A stretch of 64,000 nt of DNA from Nitrospirota bacterium (lineage in GTDB: Bacteria > Nitrospirota > JACRHJ01): the NCBI GenBank assembly GCA_963845245.1, contig CAWJRJ010000011.1, forward strand, positions 96,001 through 160,000, read 5' to 3'. Under the pieces are notes generated by a model. That model had not been told where the DNA came from. It saw only the letters and a program-made list of their open reading frames with translations, and searched no databases. This document shows, piece after piece, positions 29,829 to 39,759 of this stretch. How positions within the stretch are numbered: the stretch's first letter is position 1; each line of letters begins with the position of its first letter. The position numbers and the translations under genes were made by a program.

Positions 29829-30785
29829 TTATTTTTTATCCTCGGAAGGTTTTTCCGCTTTTTCGACTTTTGCGGCATCTTCCTTGGGCTGCTCTTTTCC
29901 CTTGAAAAGCTCCTCGTTGACCTTGATGTCGGCCTTCGCCTTGAGGGAAGCCATCAGATCGTCGTAGGCCTTCTTCTGTTTCTCCTGCAGTAGCTTCTGC
30001 TCTATCTCGCCCTTCACCTCGTCAAATTCCTTTGTCTTTGCAGCCTTTGTGCCAGTAACCTTTATGATATGCCAGCCGAACTGCGTCTTCACCGGGGCTG
30101 ATATCTCGCCCACCTTAAGGGCAAAGGCAACCTTCTCGAACTCCGGCACCATCCTGCCCTTGCCGAAAGAACCGAGGTCTCCGCCGCGTGGCGCGCTCGG
30201 ACATTTTGACTTCTCCTTGGCAAGCGTGGCAAAGTCTGCGCCCTTGTCGAGCTGTTCCTTTATCTTCTTTGCCTCTTCCTCGGTGTCCACCAGGATGTGG
30301 CTCGCCTGCACCTCTTCCGAGGAGACGTACTTTGCCTTGTCCTTCTCATAAGCGGCCTTCACCTCGTCCGGAGTAACCTTTACACTATCTATGACGGCCT
30401 TCCTCATGAGTGACACGTACAGCTGCTGCTTCCTGAGCATCTCCATGTTCAGCTTGAACTCGTCCGTATCGGCCAAGCCCTGCTTCTCGGCCTCCTGGGC
30501 GACGATCTCGACGTCGATAAGCTTGTCGAGCACGCTTCGCCTGGCTGCGGGTTCTGTCGTCGGGGTACCGGCAGGGGCCTGCTGCATAACCTTGTCAAGC
30601 AGGTCGGCAGTGATTTTTTTGCCGTTGACCGAGGCGACAATGTCCGGGCTCATCGGCTGAAGTGAAACCGGCTTTGCCTGGGAGATGTCCACGGCCTGGG
30701 GCGCGGGGCCGGCTGATGCCGCGGGACCGGCCGATAATGCAATTAACCCGGCAGCCATTACCGATATAAACGGTGAAATCCTCAT
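29829..30785 (-). CDS. Parvulin-type PPIase, secreted
   Basis: Signal peptide; ASHILV, SKCPS..GGDLG, MVPEFE and QFGWHIIK motifs. Confidence 0.92.
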   Translation of the reverse strand: MRISPFISVMAAGLIALSAGPAASAGPAPQAVDISQAKPVSLQPMSPDIVASVNGKKITADLLDKVMQQAPAGTPTTEPAARRSVLDKLIDVEIVAQEAEKQGLADTDEFKLNMEMLRKQQLYVSLMRKAVIDSVKVTPDEVKAAYEKDKAKYVSSEEVQASHILVDTEEEAKKIKEQLDKGADFATLAKEKSKCPSAPRGGDLGSFGKGRMVPEFEKVAFALKVGEISAPVKTQFGWHIIKVTGTKAAKTKEFDEVKGEIEQKLLQEKQKKAYDDLMASLKAKADIKVNEELFKGKEQPKEDAAKVEKAEKPSEDKK

Positions 30786-30870
30786 CTGCGTACCTCTCTT
30801 TACGTTATTTTGTGTATAAAAGGCAAGGTCCCGCACAGGGGCTCCGGCCAAGCAATAACGCTATAATATA

Positions 30871-33800
30871 TCACAGCCCCGCCAATTCTTTCAAGCTGTT
30901 TTTTATTTCAGCGTAAAGGGTTTCCCAGCCTCCGGAAGGTTTTTTAATGAACAGCGAATATTGCGGGACATATCTGGCCGACCCTCTCCTTTTGCCCATG
31001 AAACGGACCAGCCTGTCCGGGTCTATGTCCACCTTATCAGTAAAGGTAATTTTTATCTCGGACGGCATAAGCTGTATACCCCCCACCTTGAGTATTTTTG
31101 CCAGCACCTTGAGTTCCATAACCTCTATGAGCCTGCCTGCCTCAAGCGGAGGGGGTCCGTATCTGTCCCTGAGTTCGCCTCTTATCACATCCAGTTCGTC
31201 GCTGCTGCGCGCCCCGGAAAGCCGTTTGTAGATGCTTAACCTCTCGGAAGTTTCGGCTATGTAGGAGTCTGGTATGAACGCCGACACCTTGAGGTCTAAT
31301 GCCGGGTCCACCACCTCTTCCACCAACTCACCCTTCAACTCCTTGACCGCGTCCTCGAGAAGCCGGGTATAAAGCTCGAACCCGATGGCCGAGATCTGGC
31401 CGGACTGTTCCGCACCCAGTATGTTCCCCGCACCCCGTATCTCCAGGTCGTGTAGCGCGAGCTTGAAACCAGCCCCTAGCTCGGTAAGCTCGGTAAGCAC
31501 CCGGAGCCTCTTCTGTGCGGTCAAGGTCAAGGTGTCCTCGCCCGGCACGAGCAGGTATGCGTAGCCCCTGTCGCTGGCGCGGCCAACCCTGCCTCTTAGC
31601 TGATACAGGTCGGCCAGGCCGAAACGGTCGGCCCTGTCGATGATGATGGTGTTGGCGGTGGGGATGTCCAAGCCTGATTCAATGATGGAGGTCGCGAGCA
31701 GAATGTCGTACTCGCCTGAAATGAACTTCCGCATCACGTCTTCCAGCATGTCCTCGTGCATACGGCCGTGCGCAACGCCTATCCTGGCATCGGGGAGTAT
31801 AGACTTCAGGATGCCCCCTATCGCGAATATGCTGTCTATCCTGTTGTGCACGAAGAAGACCTGGCCGCCTCGCATCAGCTCGCGCGTTATCGCCTCGCGT
31901 ATCACCGCTTTGTCGAACCTCGCGACTACCGTCTTTATAGGCTGGCGGTCGGGGGGCGCGGTCTCGATTATGGAGAGGTCGCGTATGCCTGATATGGACA
32001 TGTTGAGCGTCCTGGGAATCGGGGTAGCCGTCAGCGTGAGGACGTCCACCTGTTTCCGAAGAATTTTAAGCTTTTCCTTGTGGGCAACTCCGAAGCGGTG
32101 CTCCTCGTCTATCACGATCAGGCCCAGGTCGTCAAACTTCACATCTTTCTGCAGGAGGCGGTGGGTCCCGATCACTATGTCGACGGTGCCTTCCGCCATG
32201 CCCTTTAATACTTCCTTTATATGCGCCTTCGGGGTGAACCGCGAAAGCATCTCGACCCGGACCGGGAATGCCGCAAGGCGCGAGGTGAACGTCTTATAAT
32301 GCTGGTCCGCCAATAGCGTTGTCGGTACGAGGACCGCGGCCTGCTTGCCGTCGAGGACCACCTTGAACGCGGCCCTGACCGCCACCTCCGTCTTGCCATA
32401 TCCCACGTCGCCGCATACCAGACGGTCCATCGGGTGCGGCTTCTCAAGGTCCGCCTTCACTTCTTCTATTGTGCGAGCCTGGTCGGGGGTCTCCTCGTAT
32501 TCAAACGAGTCTTCCATCTCCCGGTAGAGGTGGTCGTCCGGGCTGTATGCAAAACCCGGCGCGACAGACCTTGCGGCATACAGCTCCAGCAGCTCCTTCG
32601 CAATCTCGGCGACGGCCTTCTTCGCCCTCGCCTTCGCGCGCTCCCAGCCAACACCGCCAAGCTTCTCAAGCGATGGCCCGGAACCTTCTGCGCCTATGTA
32701 TTTCTGCACCTTTACAAGCTCGTCCACCGGGACATAGAGCCTGTCCGCGCCGGCGTACACCACTTCGAGGAAGTCCGCCTCGACTCCCATCAACTTCAAC
32801 CTTTTAAGCCCCATGTAACGGCCGATGCCATGGTCTACGTGCACGACATAGTCGCCGATGGACAGCTCTGAAAGCGACGTGAGGAACCGCTCCACCTTCG
32901 CCCTCGGGGCGGGGCCGTGCCTGGGCTTCTCGCCGAATATCTCGGTCGCGGTGATAAAGGCGATATGCTGCTCGTCCATCAGGAAGCCGGACGACAACTC
33001 GCCGATGGTAATTCGGGCCGTGCCATCCGACTGAACTGGCTCAAGCACCGGGCTTCCCTCGACCGCCGGGACGCCGTATTCCGCGAATATCTCACGGAGC
33101 CTCTCCGCCTGGCCCTTCGTGGGCGTCACCACGTTCACTGCGCGGCCCTTCATCAGGTCCTTCAGGTTCCGGCAGAATATGGCTATGGGCGTCTTCGGGA
33201 TATCTTCGGGCCAGGGCTCGGGCGCGACCTCGCGTAACCGCAAGGCATCGATGGAACGCGTACTGCACACGATGCCACCCCCGGCCCCTTCGAGTGGAAG
33301 GGAGCCGATGGATACATGCAAGTACAAACCAAAAAGTTCGTCCAGGTTTTCAGCGCCAAGATAAAGTGTATCGGGCGATGCCTTCCTGCCGTCTGCCGCC
33401 TCAAATGACGAGAAGACCTTCGCCTCGAAATCACGCGCGAGCGAGCTTAGCCTGTCCGGCTCGTCCACGACCACAACGGGAGGTTCTTTGAAATAGCGGG
33501 TTAGGTCGGAGTCAAGCATATCGCCTGCGCCAGCCACCTCTTTTGCGGGTATGGCGGTGAACTCCGCCACCGTTCCGGAGGAGCGCTGGGTCTCGGGGTC
33601 GAACGGCCGCATCGACTCCACGGCGTCGCCGAAGAACTCCACCCTGACAGGCTTCTCAAGCCCGGGCGGGAAGATGTCGAGTATGCCGCCCCTGACCGAG
33701 AACTCGCCCGGCTCGTATACCGTGGCAGTACGTGAGTAACCGAGCTTAACCAGTTTGGTAAGGAGGGCTTCATGCTCGAACTCGGCGCCGATGTAGAATC

Positions 33801-34221
33801 TCAGCAGTGAGCCCTCGCCCAGCAGTGTAACCGGATTGGGCAGCTTCTGCATGAATGCGTTCACCGGCACGAATGCGATACGCGCCCTGCCATTGGCTAT
33901 ATCACGGAGAGCGCGCAACCGCCTTGCCACAACAGCCTGGTCGGGGTCCATCACGTCATAGGGCAGGACATCCCAAGGCGGGAAGTAGACAGGCTGGACC
34001 GAAGCCTCGCCTTCGGCAAGTCCCGCGGCAAAATAGCAAAAGTCCTTGAACAGGGCCTCTGACTCTTTGGGCGTGGGGGATACGATGACCACGGGTGCCT
34101 GGCGCTCCCTTGCCAACTCCCAAAGAAAAAGGGCCTTGGATGAGCCCCAAAGCCCGGTAACATTTATTTCGCGCCTGCCGCCCGCAAGGGCGTCATGGGC
34201 GCTTCCGAATATTTTTGTCAT
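30871..34221 (-). CDS. mfd: Transcription-repair coupling factor
   Basis: VVHVDHGIG, GDVGYGKTE, DEEHRFG, TATPIPRT, QLRGRVGR and DLEIRGAG motifs. Confidence 0.98.
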   Translation of the reverse strand: MTKIFGSAHDALAGGRREINVTGLWGSSKALFLWELARERQAPVVIVSPTPKESEALFKDFCYFAAGLAEGEASVQPVYFPPWDVLPYDVMDPDQAVVARRLRALRDIANGRARIAFVPVNAFMQKLPNPVTLLGEGSLLRFYIGAEFEHEALLTKLVKLGYSRTATVYEPGEFSVRGGILDIFPPGLEKPVRVEFFGDAVESMRPFDPETQRSSGTVAEFTAIPAKEVAGAGDMLDSDLTRYFKEPPVVVVDEPDRLSSLARDFEAKVFSSFEAADGRKASPDTLYLGAENLDELFGLYLHVSIGSLPLEGAGGGIVCSTRSIDALRLREVAPEPWPEDIPKTPIAIFCRNLKDLMKGRAVNVVTPTKGQAERLREIFAEYGVPAVEGSPVLEPVQSDGTARITIGELSSGFLMDEQHIAFITATEIFGEKPRHGPAPRAKVERFLTSLSELSIGDYVVHVDHGIGRYMGLKRLKLMGVEADFLEVVYAGADRLYVPVDELVKVQKYIGAEGSGPSLEKLGGVGWERAKARAKKAVAEIAKELLELYAARSVAPGFAYSPDDHLYREMEDSFEYEETPDQARTIEEVKADLEKPHPMDRLVCGDVGYGKTEVAVRAAFKVVLDGKQAAVLVPTTLLADQHYKTFTSRLAAFPVRVEMLSRFTPKAHIKEVLKGMAEGTVDIVIGTHRLLQKDVKFDDLGLIVIDEEHRFGVAHKEKLKILRKQVDVLTLTATPIPRTLNMSISGIRDLSIIETAPPDRQPIKTVVARFDKAVIREAITRELMRGGQVFFVHNRIDSIFAIGGILKSILPDARIGVAHGRMHEDMLEDVMRKFISGEYDILLATSIIESGLDIPTANTIIIDRADRFGLADLYQLRGRVGRASDRGYAYLLVPGEDTLTLTAQKRLRVLTELTELGAGFKLALHDLEIRGAGNILGAEQSGQISAIGFELYTRLLEDAVKELKGELVEEVVDPALDLKVSAFIPDSYIAETSERLSIYKRLSGARSSDELDVIRGELRDRYGPPPLEAGRLIEVMELKVLAKILKVGGIQLMPSEIKITFTDKVDIDPDRLVRFMGKRRGSARYVPQYSLFIKKPSGGWETLYAEIKNSLKELAGL

Positions 34222-34773
34222 TTAAAAGGTCTTGAAGTCGGGCATCTGGCCCATGTTCATCAGGCCCATGAACGCGGCCATACCTATCATCACCACGGCT
34301 ATGAGCGCGATTATAATAAAGAACACCATCGGGATAAGCACGACGGCGACGGCCTTGCCTGTGGATATTTTGTGTATCCGCTCGGTAACAATCACCGCAA
34401 CCGGTATGTTCCAGAGCGCCACGATCCCGCCCAGCACGGGGACGATCTGGGCCCAGCCGGCAAGGCTCCCAATGCCGAGCGCACTGTAATGCGCCTTATA
34501 CGTACCAGTACCGCCGAAGAGTCTGGCCAGCAGGAACAGTATCCCGGTCCCGATAAAAGACCCTATTACATGCATCACCGGGAATAGTATTATCATGAAG
34601 AACCCGAACCCAAGCTTCGTCATGACGCTGCCGAGTCCGGCCGCAACACCGCCGATTGCAAAAAATAGTATAGCCATGCCGAAGGCGTCTTCCTGTGCCG
34701 CGACCTCAGAGGCCGCGTCACGGTTCAGCTTTACGATCTCCAGGCCTTTTGAAAGGTATTCTTTAAAAGTCAT
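34222..34773 (-). CDS. Yip1-family membrane protein
   Basis: Multiple TMs with LARLFGG.G.Y and H..S.GKA motifs. Confidence 0.75.
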   Translation of the reverse strand: MTFKEYLSKGLEIVKLNRDAASEVAAQEDAFGMAILFFAIGGVAAGLGSVMTKLGFGFFMIILFPVMHVIGSFIGTGILFLLARLFGGTGTYKAHYSALGIGSLAGWAQIVPVLGGIVALWNIPVAVIVTERIHKISTGKAVAVVLIPMVFFIIIALIAVVMIGMAAFMGLMNMGQMPDFKTF

Positions 34774-34788
34774 CGCGGCCTCCCGTCG

Positions 34789-35274
34789 TTATTTACGCCC
34801 GTACCGCTCCAAAATTCTCTCTACAATATTGGTAGTGGATGAACCCTCGATGTACGGGATGGATAACACCTTCCCGCCGTTGGCCTCCACGATGTCGCGC
34901 CCTATGATATTATCGATCTCCCAGTCGCCGCCCTTCACCAGTACGTCCGGCATAAGCTCAGTGATTATATGGTGCGGGTCGTCCTCGTCGAACGTGGTTA
35001 CGTAGTCCACCATTGAAAGCGCGGCCAGCACCTCGGCCCGCTCATCCTGCGGGATTATCGGCCTCTTCGGCCCTTTTATCCGGTTCACTGATTCGTCCGA
35101 ATTTATCGCGACAATGAGCACGTCGCCGTACTTCCTGGCGAGCGAGAGGTAACGCACATGGCCGGTATGTATTATGTCGAAGCAGCCGTTCGTGAAGACG
35201 GTCTTCTTGCCCGCGCTTCGCAGGTCCTCGACAATCTCGCGGAGTTCGTCGTGGTTCTTTACTTTAGTCTTCAA
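34789..35274 (-). CDS. rfaE2: D-glycero-beta-D-manno-heptose 1-phosphate adenylyltransferase
   Basis: [31 protein letters not shown] and STTNI motifs. Confidence 0.94.
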   Translation of the reverse strand: MKTKVKNHDELREIVEDLRSAGKKTVFTNGCFDIIHTGHVRYLSLARKYGDVLIVAINSDESVNRIKGPKRPIIPQDERAEVLAALSMVDYVTTFDEDDPHHIITELMPDVLVKGGDWEIDNIIGRDIVEANGGKVLSIPYIEGSSTTNIVERILERYGRK

Positions 35275-35303
35275 ATGAACACCTCGGGGGAAGTGAGTGA
35301 AAG

Positions 35304-35341
35304 TCTTGGGCCGCCTTCTTTATAAAGAAGGCGGCCCAAGA
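35304..35341. repeat. REP-like perfect 38-bp palindrome
   Basis: TCTTGGGCCGCCTTCTTTATAAAGAAGGCGGCCCAAGA; near-identical arm at 60683-60713. Confidence 0.85.
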
Positions 35342-35359
35342 AATTTGCTTCTTTAACAA

Positions 35360-36307
35360 CTATGGCTTGGAAAGTTCTTCTAATACTGCTGCCGCCAAAA
35401 GCGGGAACATTATCTCGTGGTGGCCTGTGAGCGCGTAGCCTTTGCCGCCCTTCATCGTCGGGCGCCTGACTACGTTCGTGTTCGGGCGGTAGCCCTGCAT
35501 GAAATCCATGTTGACCGTGGTGATCTTCTCGAGCGGGCTGCCGAGGTTCCTCGCAAGCGTGACGGCCTTCAGGAACACCTCCGGCATCAGCACTGCCGAG
35601 CCGAGGTTTATGTATACCCCGCCCTCCATCGAAGCCACCACCCCCGCGAACAACCTGAAGTCCCTCATCGAACCCTCGCCTATCGCAGCGCCGTCCGCGG
35701 ACGGGTGCATATGCACGATGTCCGTACCGACCGCCACATGCACCGTCGCCGGGACGCCCAGCCGGTATGCAGCGGCAAGCAGGCTCTTCTCCGGGTATTT
35801 CATGCCGCCGGAGACTATCGCCTTGCCCATCGCTGCTCCAATCCCCAAGCCCTCCGCTACGCCAGCGTTTATGGCCTCGTTTATCAGCCTGCCGGTCTCC
35901 TCTGCCATCCCGAAAGTGCCGGTCCCTATCTCGGCATCCACGTCCTCAGAGGTGCGGCCCTGGTACGCCATTTCGAAGTCGTGGACGATGCCCGCGCCGT
36001 TCATGGCGATGGCGGATATTATTCCCCGCTCCATCAGGTCGATCACAACCGGCGTCAGCCCGACCTTTATGACATGCGCGCCCATACCCAGGATGACGGT
36101 GCAACCTCCCCGTTTCGCCGTAGCGATTGCCGCCGCAACCTGCCGGAATGAATCAGCCGCAAGTATCTTGGGGAGGCTGTCCAGAAAATTTGTAAAACTG
36201 CCGCCCGGCACAAACGGCTTCCCTGCGAACTCCGCGTCCACCTTGCTCTTGCGCCCGGTCAGGCTGTACGTCTTTATCTTCGAGGTGTCTATCGGCTTGA
36301 AGGCCAC
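35360..36307 (-). CDS. Deoxyhypusine-synthase-like uncharacterised protein
   Basis: GMGAHVIKVG, NGAGIVHDFE, GSAVLMPEVFLKA and GHHEIMFPLL; GTG start proposed at 36307. Confidence 0.75.
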   Translation of the reverse strand: MAFKPIDTSKIKTYSLTGRKSKVDAEFAGKPFVPGGSFTNFLDSLPKILAADSFRQVAAAIATAKRGGCTVILGMGAHVIKVGLTPVVIDLMERGIISAIAMNGAGIVHDFEMAYQGRTSEDVDAEIGTGTFGMAEETGRLINEAINAGVAEGLGIGAAMGKAIVSGGMKYPEKSLLAAAYRLGVPATVHVAVGTDIVHMHPSADGAAIGEGSMRDFRLFAGVVASMEGGVYINLGSAVLMPEVFLKAVTLARNLGSPLEKITTVNMDFMQGYRPNTNVVRRPTMKGGKGYALTGHHEIMFPLLAAAVLEELSKP

Positions 36308-36311
36308 GTTG

Positions 36312-36905
36312 TCAGCCCTTCCCGCGCCCGTTGCCGAACAGGAACTCGTCCACAAGCTGGCAGATGGTGTGCCCAAGCGTTATGTGCACTTCCTGTATGC
36401 GCGGTGTCTCGGCGGAAGGCACCACAAAGGCGTAGTCCGCCATCGAGGCGAGTTTCCCGCCCTTGTTTTTGTTGCCCGTGAAGGCTATGGTCTTTATACC
36501 CATGTCCTTGGCTGCGGCAAATGCCTTTATGGCGTTTGGCGAGCTGCCGGATGTGGATATGCCTATGGCGACGTCGCCTTCGTGGCCCAGGGCCTTCAAC
36601 TGCTTCGCAAAGATCTCGGAGTAGTCATAGTCGTTCGATATGCTGGTAATTACCGCCATATCCGTGTTCAGCGCAATGGCAGGGAGAGGCGGCCGCTCCA
36701 GGATGAAGCGGTTCACGAACTCCGCGGCTATGTGCGAAGAGTCCGTTGCGCTCCCGCCGTTTCCGAACAGGATGAGCTTGTTGCCCCTCGTGAAGCTGCC
36801 CGCGATAAGCTCCACCACCTCCTGCACCTGCTCCGCGTACTCCTTGGCAAACCTCTGTTGAAGCTTTGCGGATTCCTCGAAAATCCTTATTATCTCATCT
36901 TTCAT
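36312..36905 (-). CDS. gmhA: Phosphoheptose isomerase
   Basis: GNGGSA, NDY, STSG and IQEVHI motifs. Confidence 0.96.
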   Translation of the reverse strand: MKDEIIRIFEESAKLQQRFAKEYAEQVQEVVELIAGSFTRGNKLILFGNGGSATDSSHIAAEFVNRFILERPPLPAIALNTDMAVITSISNDYDYSEIFAKQLKALGHEGDVAIGISTSGSSPNAIKAFAAAKDMGIKTIAFTGNKNKGGKLASMADYAFVVPSAETPRIQEVHITLGHTICQLVDEFLFGNGRGKG

Positions 36906-37040
36906 CGCACCCCTCGGCTGTCTGTGTCCAATAACCTGAAATTCTAACCCGCCCAAAGCTTGTTTGTCAACAGCGAAACTTTAATTTTTATCTTGATTTA
37001 GGCGGTGTGGGGCTATAGACTTTCTATATACGGGGGTATT

Positions 37041-37313
37041 ATGAGGCTGGACGTTTTCCTGAAGACAAGCAGGCTGATAAAGAGGCGCACCCTTGCTAAG
37101 GAATACTGCGACGAGGGCTGGGTACTCGTGGCAGGCGTGCCTGCAAAACCAGGACGCGAGCTGAAGGAGGGCGATCGGATCACCCTCGACCTGCCGCGCC
37201 GGAGGCTGGTCGCGGAGGTGGTCTCAATCCCCAAGGGTAACGTCCCGAAAGAGCAGGCCGTGGAACTCTACCGTGTACTAGAGGATTTGGCAAAGAAAGA
37301 GGAGATTTTCTGA
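37041..37313 (+). CDS. S4-domain RNA-binding protein (Hsp15/RqcP-YabO-like)
   Basis: MRLDVFLKTSRLIKRRTLAKEYC...GD.I. Confidence 0.9.
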   Translation: MRLDVFLKTSRLIKRRTLAKEYCDEGWVLVAGVPAKPGRELKEGDRITLDLPRRRLVAEVVSIPKGNVPKEQAVELYRVLEDLAKKEEIF

Positions 37314-38317
37314 TGAAAAACAAGCCCGTCATCGCAATTACCATGGGCGACCCCGGCGGGGTCGGCCCGGAGGTAATATTAAAATCCGTCGGCACGAAGG
37401 CCGTACAGGACGTCTGCCGCCCGCTTATAGTCGGCGACCTGAAGGTGCTGGATGAGGCGATGACGCCGCTAGCCATGAGCAGGCGCCCTATTCTTAAGGC
37501 CGTATCAAGCCCCCAAGAGGACACCGGGGATGCAGTCGGCGTAATAGACCTGGGCAACGTGAACCTTTCCGAGCTTACCCCCGGCAGGGCAGGCGCGTAC
37601 GCAGGGCGGGCGGCTGTCGAATACATACGGAAGGCCGTAGAGCTTGCCAGCCGGGGCGAAGTTGCGGCAATTACCACTGCGCCCATCAACAAGGAGACCC
37701 TGAAGATGGCTGGGTACTCATGGCCGGGTCATACCGAGCTTCTGGCCGAACTTACCGGCACATCCGATTTCGGGATGATGTTGGCAGGCGGCGGGCTGCG
37801 TGTTATAATTGCCACGATACACTGCGCGCTGAGAGACGTGCCGGGACTCATCTCAAAGGACGGGGTGCTGCGCACAATAAGGCTTGCCGCGCGTGCGTGC
37901 CGCGAGCTTGGCATCGAGGAGCCGAGGATAGTGGTGGCCGGGCTCAACCCTCATGCGGGCGAGGCGGGCATATTCGGCGACGAGGAGATATTGCACATAT
38001 CTCCGGCCTGTGAGCAGGCGAGGGCCGAGGGACTCGAAGTGACAGGCCCGCTGCCGCCTGACACGCTCTTTTACAAGGCCAAGCGGGGCGATTTCGATAT
38101 CGTTGTGGCTATGTACCACGACCAGGGCCTCATCCCGCTTAAGATGCTGGCCTTCGGGAGCGCGGTGAACGTCACAATAGGCCTTCCGATAATTCGGACA
38201 TCCGTCGACCACGGGACGGCCTACGACATAGCTGGCCAAGGCATAGCCGACCCGGCAAGCCTCATAGAGGCGTTGAGGATGGCGGCGCTGATGGCGGAAA
38301 CAAAAGAAAACCGTTAA
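37313..38317 (+). CDS. pdxA: 4-hydroxythreonine-4-phosphate dehydrogenase
   Basis: TMGDPGGVGPE, GHTE, GLNPHAGE, MYHDQG and RTSVDHGTA motifs. Confidence 0.96.
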   Translation: MKNKPVIAITMGDPGGVGPEVILKSVGTKAVQDVCRPLIVGDLKVLDEAMTPLAMSRRPILKAVSSPQEDTGDAVGVIDLGNVNLSELTPGRAGAYAGRAAVEYIRKAVELASRGEVAAITTAPINKETLKMAGYSWPGHTELLAELTGTSDFGMMLAGGGLRVIIATIHCALRDVPGLISKDGVLRTIRLAARACRELGIEEPRIVVAGLNPHAGEAGIFGDEEILHISPACEQARAEGLEVTGPLPPDTLFYKAKRGDFDIVVAMYHDQGLIPLKMLAFGSAVNVTIGLPIIRTSVDHGTAYDIAGQGIADPASLIEALRMAALMAETKENR

Positions 38318-38330
38318 AGGAGGAGTTTGA

Positions 38331-38750
38331 ATGGCTGTTTCATGGACTGAGGACCTGGCGACGGGCATAGATGTTATAGACAACCAGCACAAGGAGCTGT
38401 TCAGGAGGATCGACGGCCTGCTCGAGGCCTGCAAGGCAGGGAAGGGCAGGGAAACGGTGGCGGGCGTGCTGACATTCCTTGAGAACTACGTGATTGAGCA
38501 TTTCGCCGCCGAGGAGAAGATCCAGCGCGACAATCTATATCCGGATTATGGTAACCACAGGGCCATGCATGCATCCTTCATGGACGACGTAGCTGCACTC
38601 AAACAACAGTTTGAGGACGAGGGCCCGTCCCTGGCCATGGTCATGGTCACCAACCGCAAGGTGGTCGACTGGCTGGTGCACCACATAAAAAAGCACGACA
38701 AGGCGCTCGGCGGCTACCTTAAAGCAAAAGGATTCAAGGGAAGCGTCTGA
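38331..38750 (+). CDS. Bacteriohemerythrin
   Basis: IDNQH, HFAAEE, H...H and WLVHHI...D iron ligands. Confidence 0.94.
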   Translation: MAVSWTEDLATGIDVIDNQHKELFRRIDGLLEACKAGKGRETVAGVLTFLENYVIEHFAAEEKIQRDNLYPDYGNHRAMHASFMDDVAALKQQFEDEGPSLAMVMVTNRKVVDWLVHHIKKHDKALGGYLKAKGFKGSV

Positions 38751-38776
38751 GGCAATATTCGAATACGGAGGGTACC

Positions 38777-39163
38777 GTGAGTTACCATTTCAGCAAGACC
38801 ATAAACGCATCTTTCGACGAGGCCGTCGCAAAGGTAACCGAGGAGCTTAAGAAGGAAGGCTTCGGCATCCTGACCGACATCGACGTCAAGGCCACCCTTA
38901 AGAAGAAGCTGGACGTCGAGTTCAGGAACTACCGCATACTAGGCGCATGCAACCCGCCGTTCGCCTATGAGGCACTCCAGAAGGAGGACAAGATAGGCAC
39001 GATGCTCCCCTGCAACGTCATCGTGCAGGAGAAGAAGCCGGGCGTCTGCGAGGTGTCCGCAATCGACCCGGTAGCCTCGATGATGGCGGTGGGAAACTCC
39101 GCGCTGGGCAATGTTGCGACACAGGTGCAGGCAAAGCTTAAAAAAGTGATTGAGAGCCTGTAG
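38777..39163 (+). CDS. DUF302 domain protein
   Basis: GFGILTDIDV, ILGACNP and MLPCNV motifs. Confidence 0.92.
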   Translation: MSYHFSKTINASFDEAVAKVTEELKKEGFGILTDIDVKATLKKKLDVEFRNYRILGACNPPFAYEALQKEDKIGTMLPCNVIVQEKKPGVCEVSAIDPVASMMAVGNSALGNVATQVQAKLKKVIESL

Positions 39164-39166
39164 CAG

Positions 39167-39733
39167 ATGTTCATACGCGACCTGAAGGACTGCGACGAGT
39201 TCATAGCCGGGGACAACACCCGGCTCCGCGAGCTTTTCAACCCCATCAAAGACCCGCTTGAGCTTCGGTACAGCCTCGCGCACGCACGGCTTGCGCCGGG
39301 CCTCGAATCCACTCCACACAGGCTCAAGACCTCAGAGGTATACTTTATATTAGAGGGTGTAGGCGAGATGCGGATAGACGGCGAGGTGCGCAATGTCGGG
39401 CCAGGCCAGGCAATATACATCCCGCCGCACGCGGTGCAGAGCATAAAGAACATCGGCAATAACGAGCTGGTGTTTATCTGCATGGTGGACCCGGCCTGGA
39501 GGCCGGAAGACGAGGAAGTGCTCTATAGCGGGGTAGTTATTATGAAGATCTGGAAAAATACCGTATGGTCGCCCTGGGCTCTTGGCAGCCTGAAGTGGAG
39601 CGGTATGTTCTTCGGCGTTATTGTCGGAGCGTTCTTCCCAGAATTTGTCAGGCAGCACCTCTGGGCATTCATTGCGGCGATGCTCCTGCTTGCCATCAAA
39701 CCAGTCGTAACATTCTTTCGGGGGGATAATTAA
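39167..39733 (+). CDS. Cupin protein, apparently read into a small downstream membrane protein (possibly two genes)
   Basis: Cupin PH.....EVYFILEG.G motif ends near 39525; a second ATG at 39542 starts a 2-TM peptide. Confidence 0.75.
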   Translation: MFIRDLKDCDEFIAGDNTRLRELFNPIKDPLELRYSLAHARLAPGLESTPHRLKTSEVYFILEGVGEMRIDGEVRNVGPGQAIYIPPHAVQSIKNIGNNELVFICMVDPAWRPEDEEVLYSGVVIMKIWKNTVWSPWALGSLKWSGMFFGVIVGAFFPEFVRQHLWAFIAAMLLLAIKPVVTFFRGDN

Positions 39734-39759
39734 TCAAGGCCATACATACGGCTTTTTAA

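Noticed and set aside
27912..30785. Three tandem parvulin PPIases as a novel system
   Set aside because: PPIase genes following mfd are a familiar arrangement, and the motifs are ordinary.
35499..36947. 482-aa plus-strand ORF and many other long antisense ORFs (e.g. 8342-9265, 46677-47645, 56457-57314)
   Set aside because: Shadow frames opposite well-supported GC-rich genes, with no motifs or RBS.
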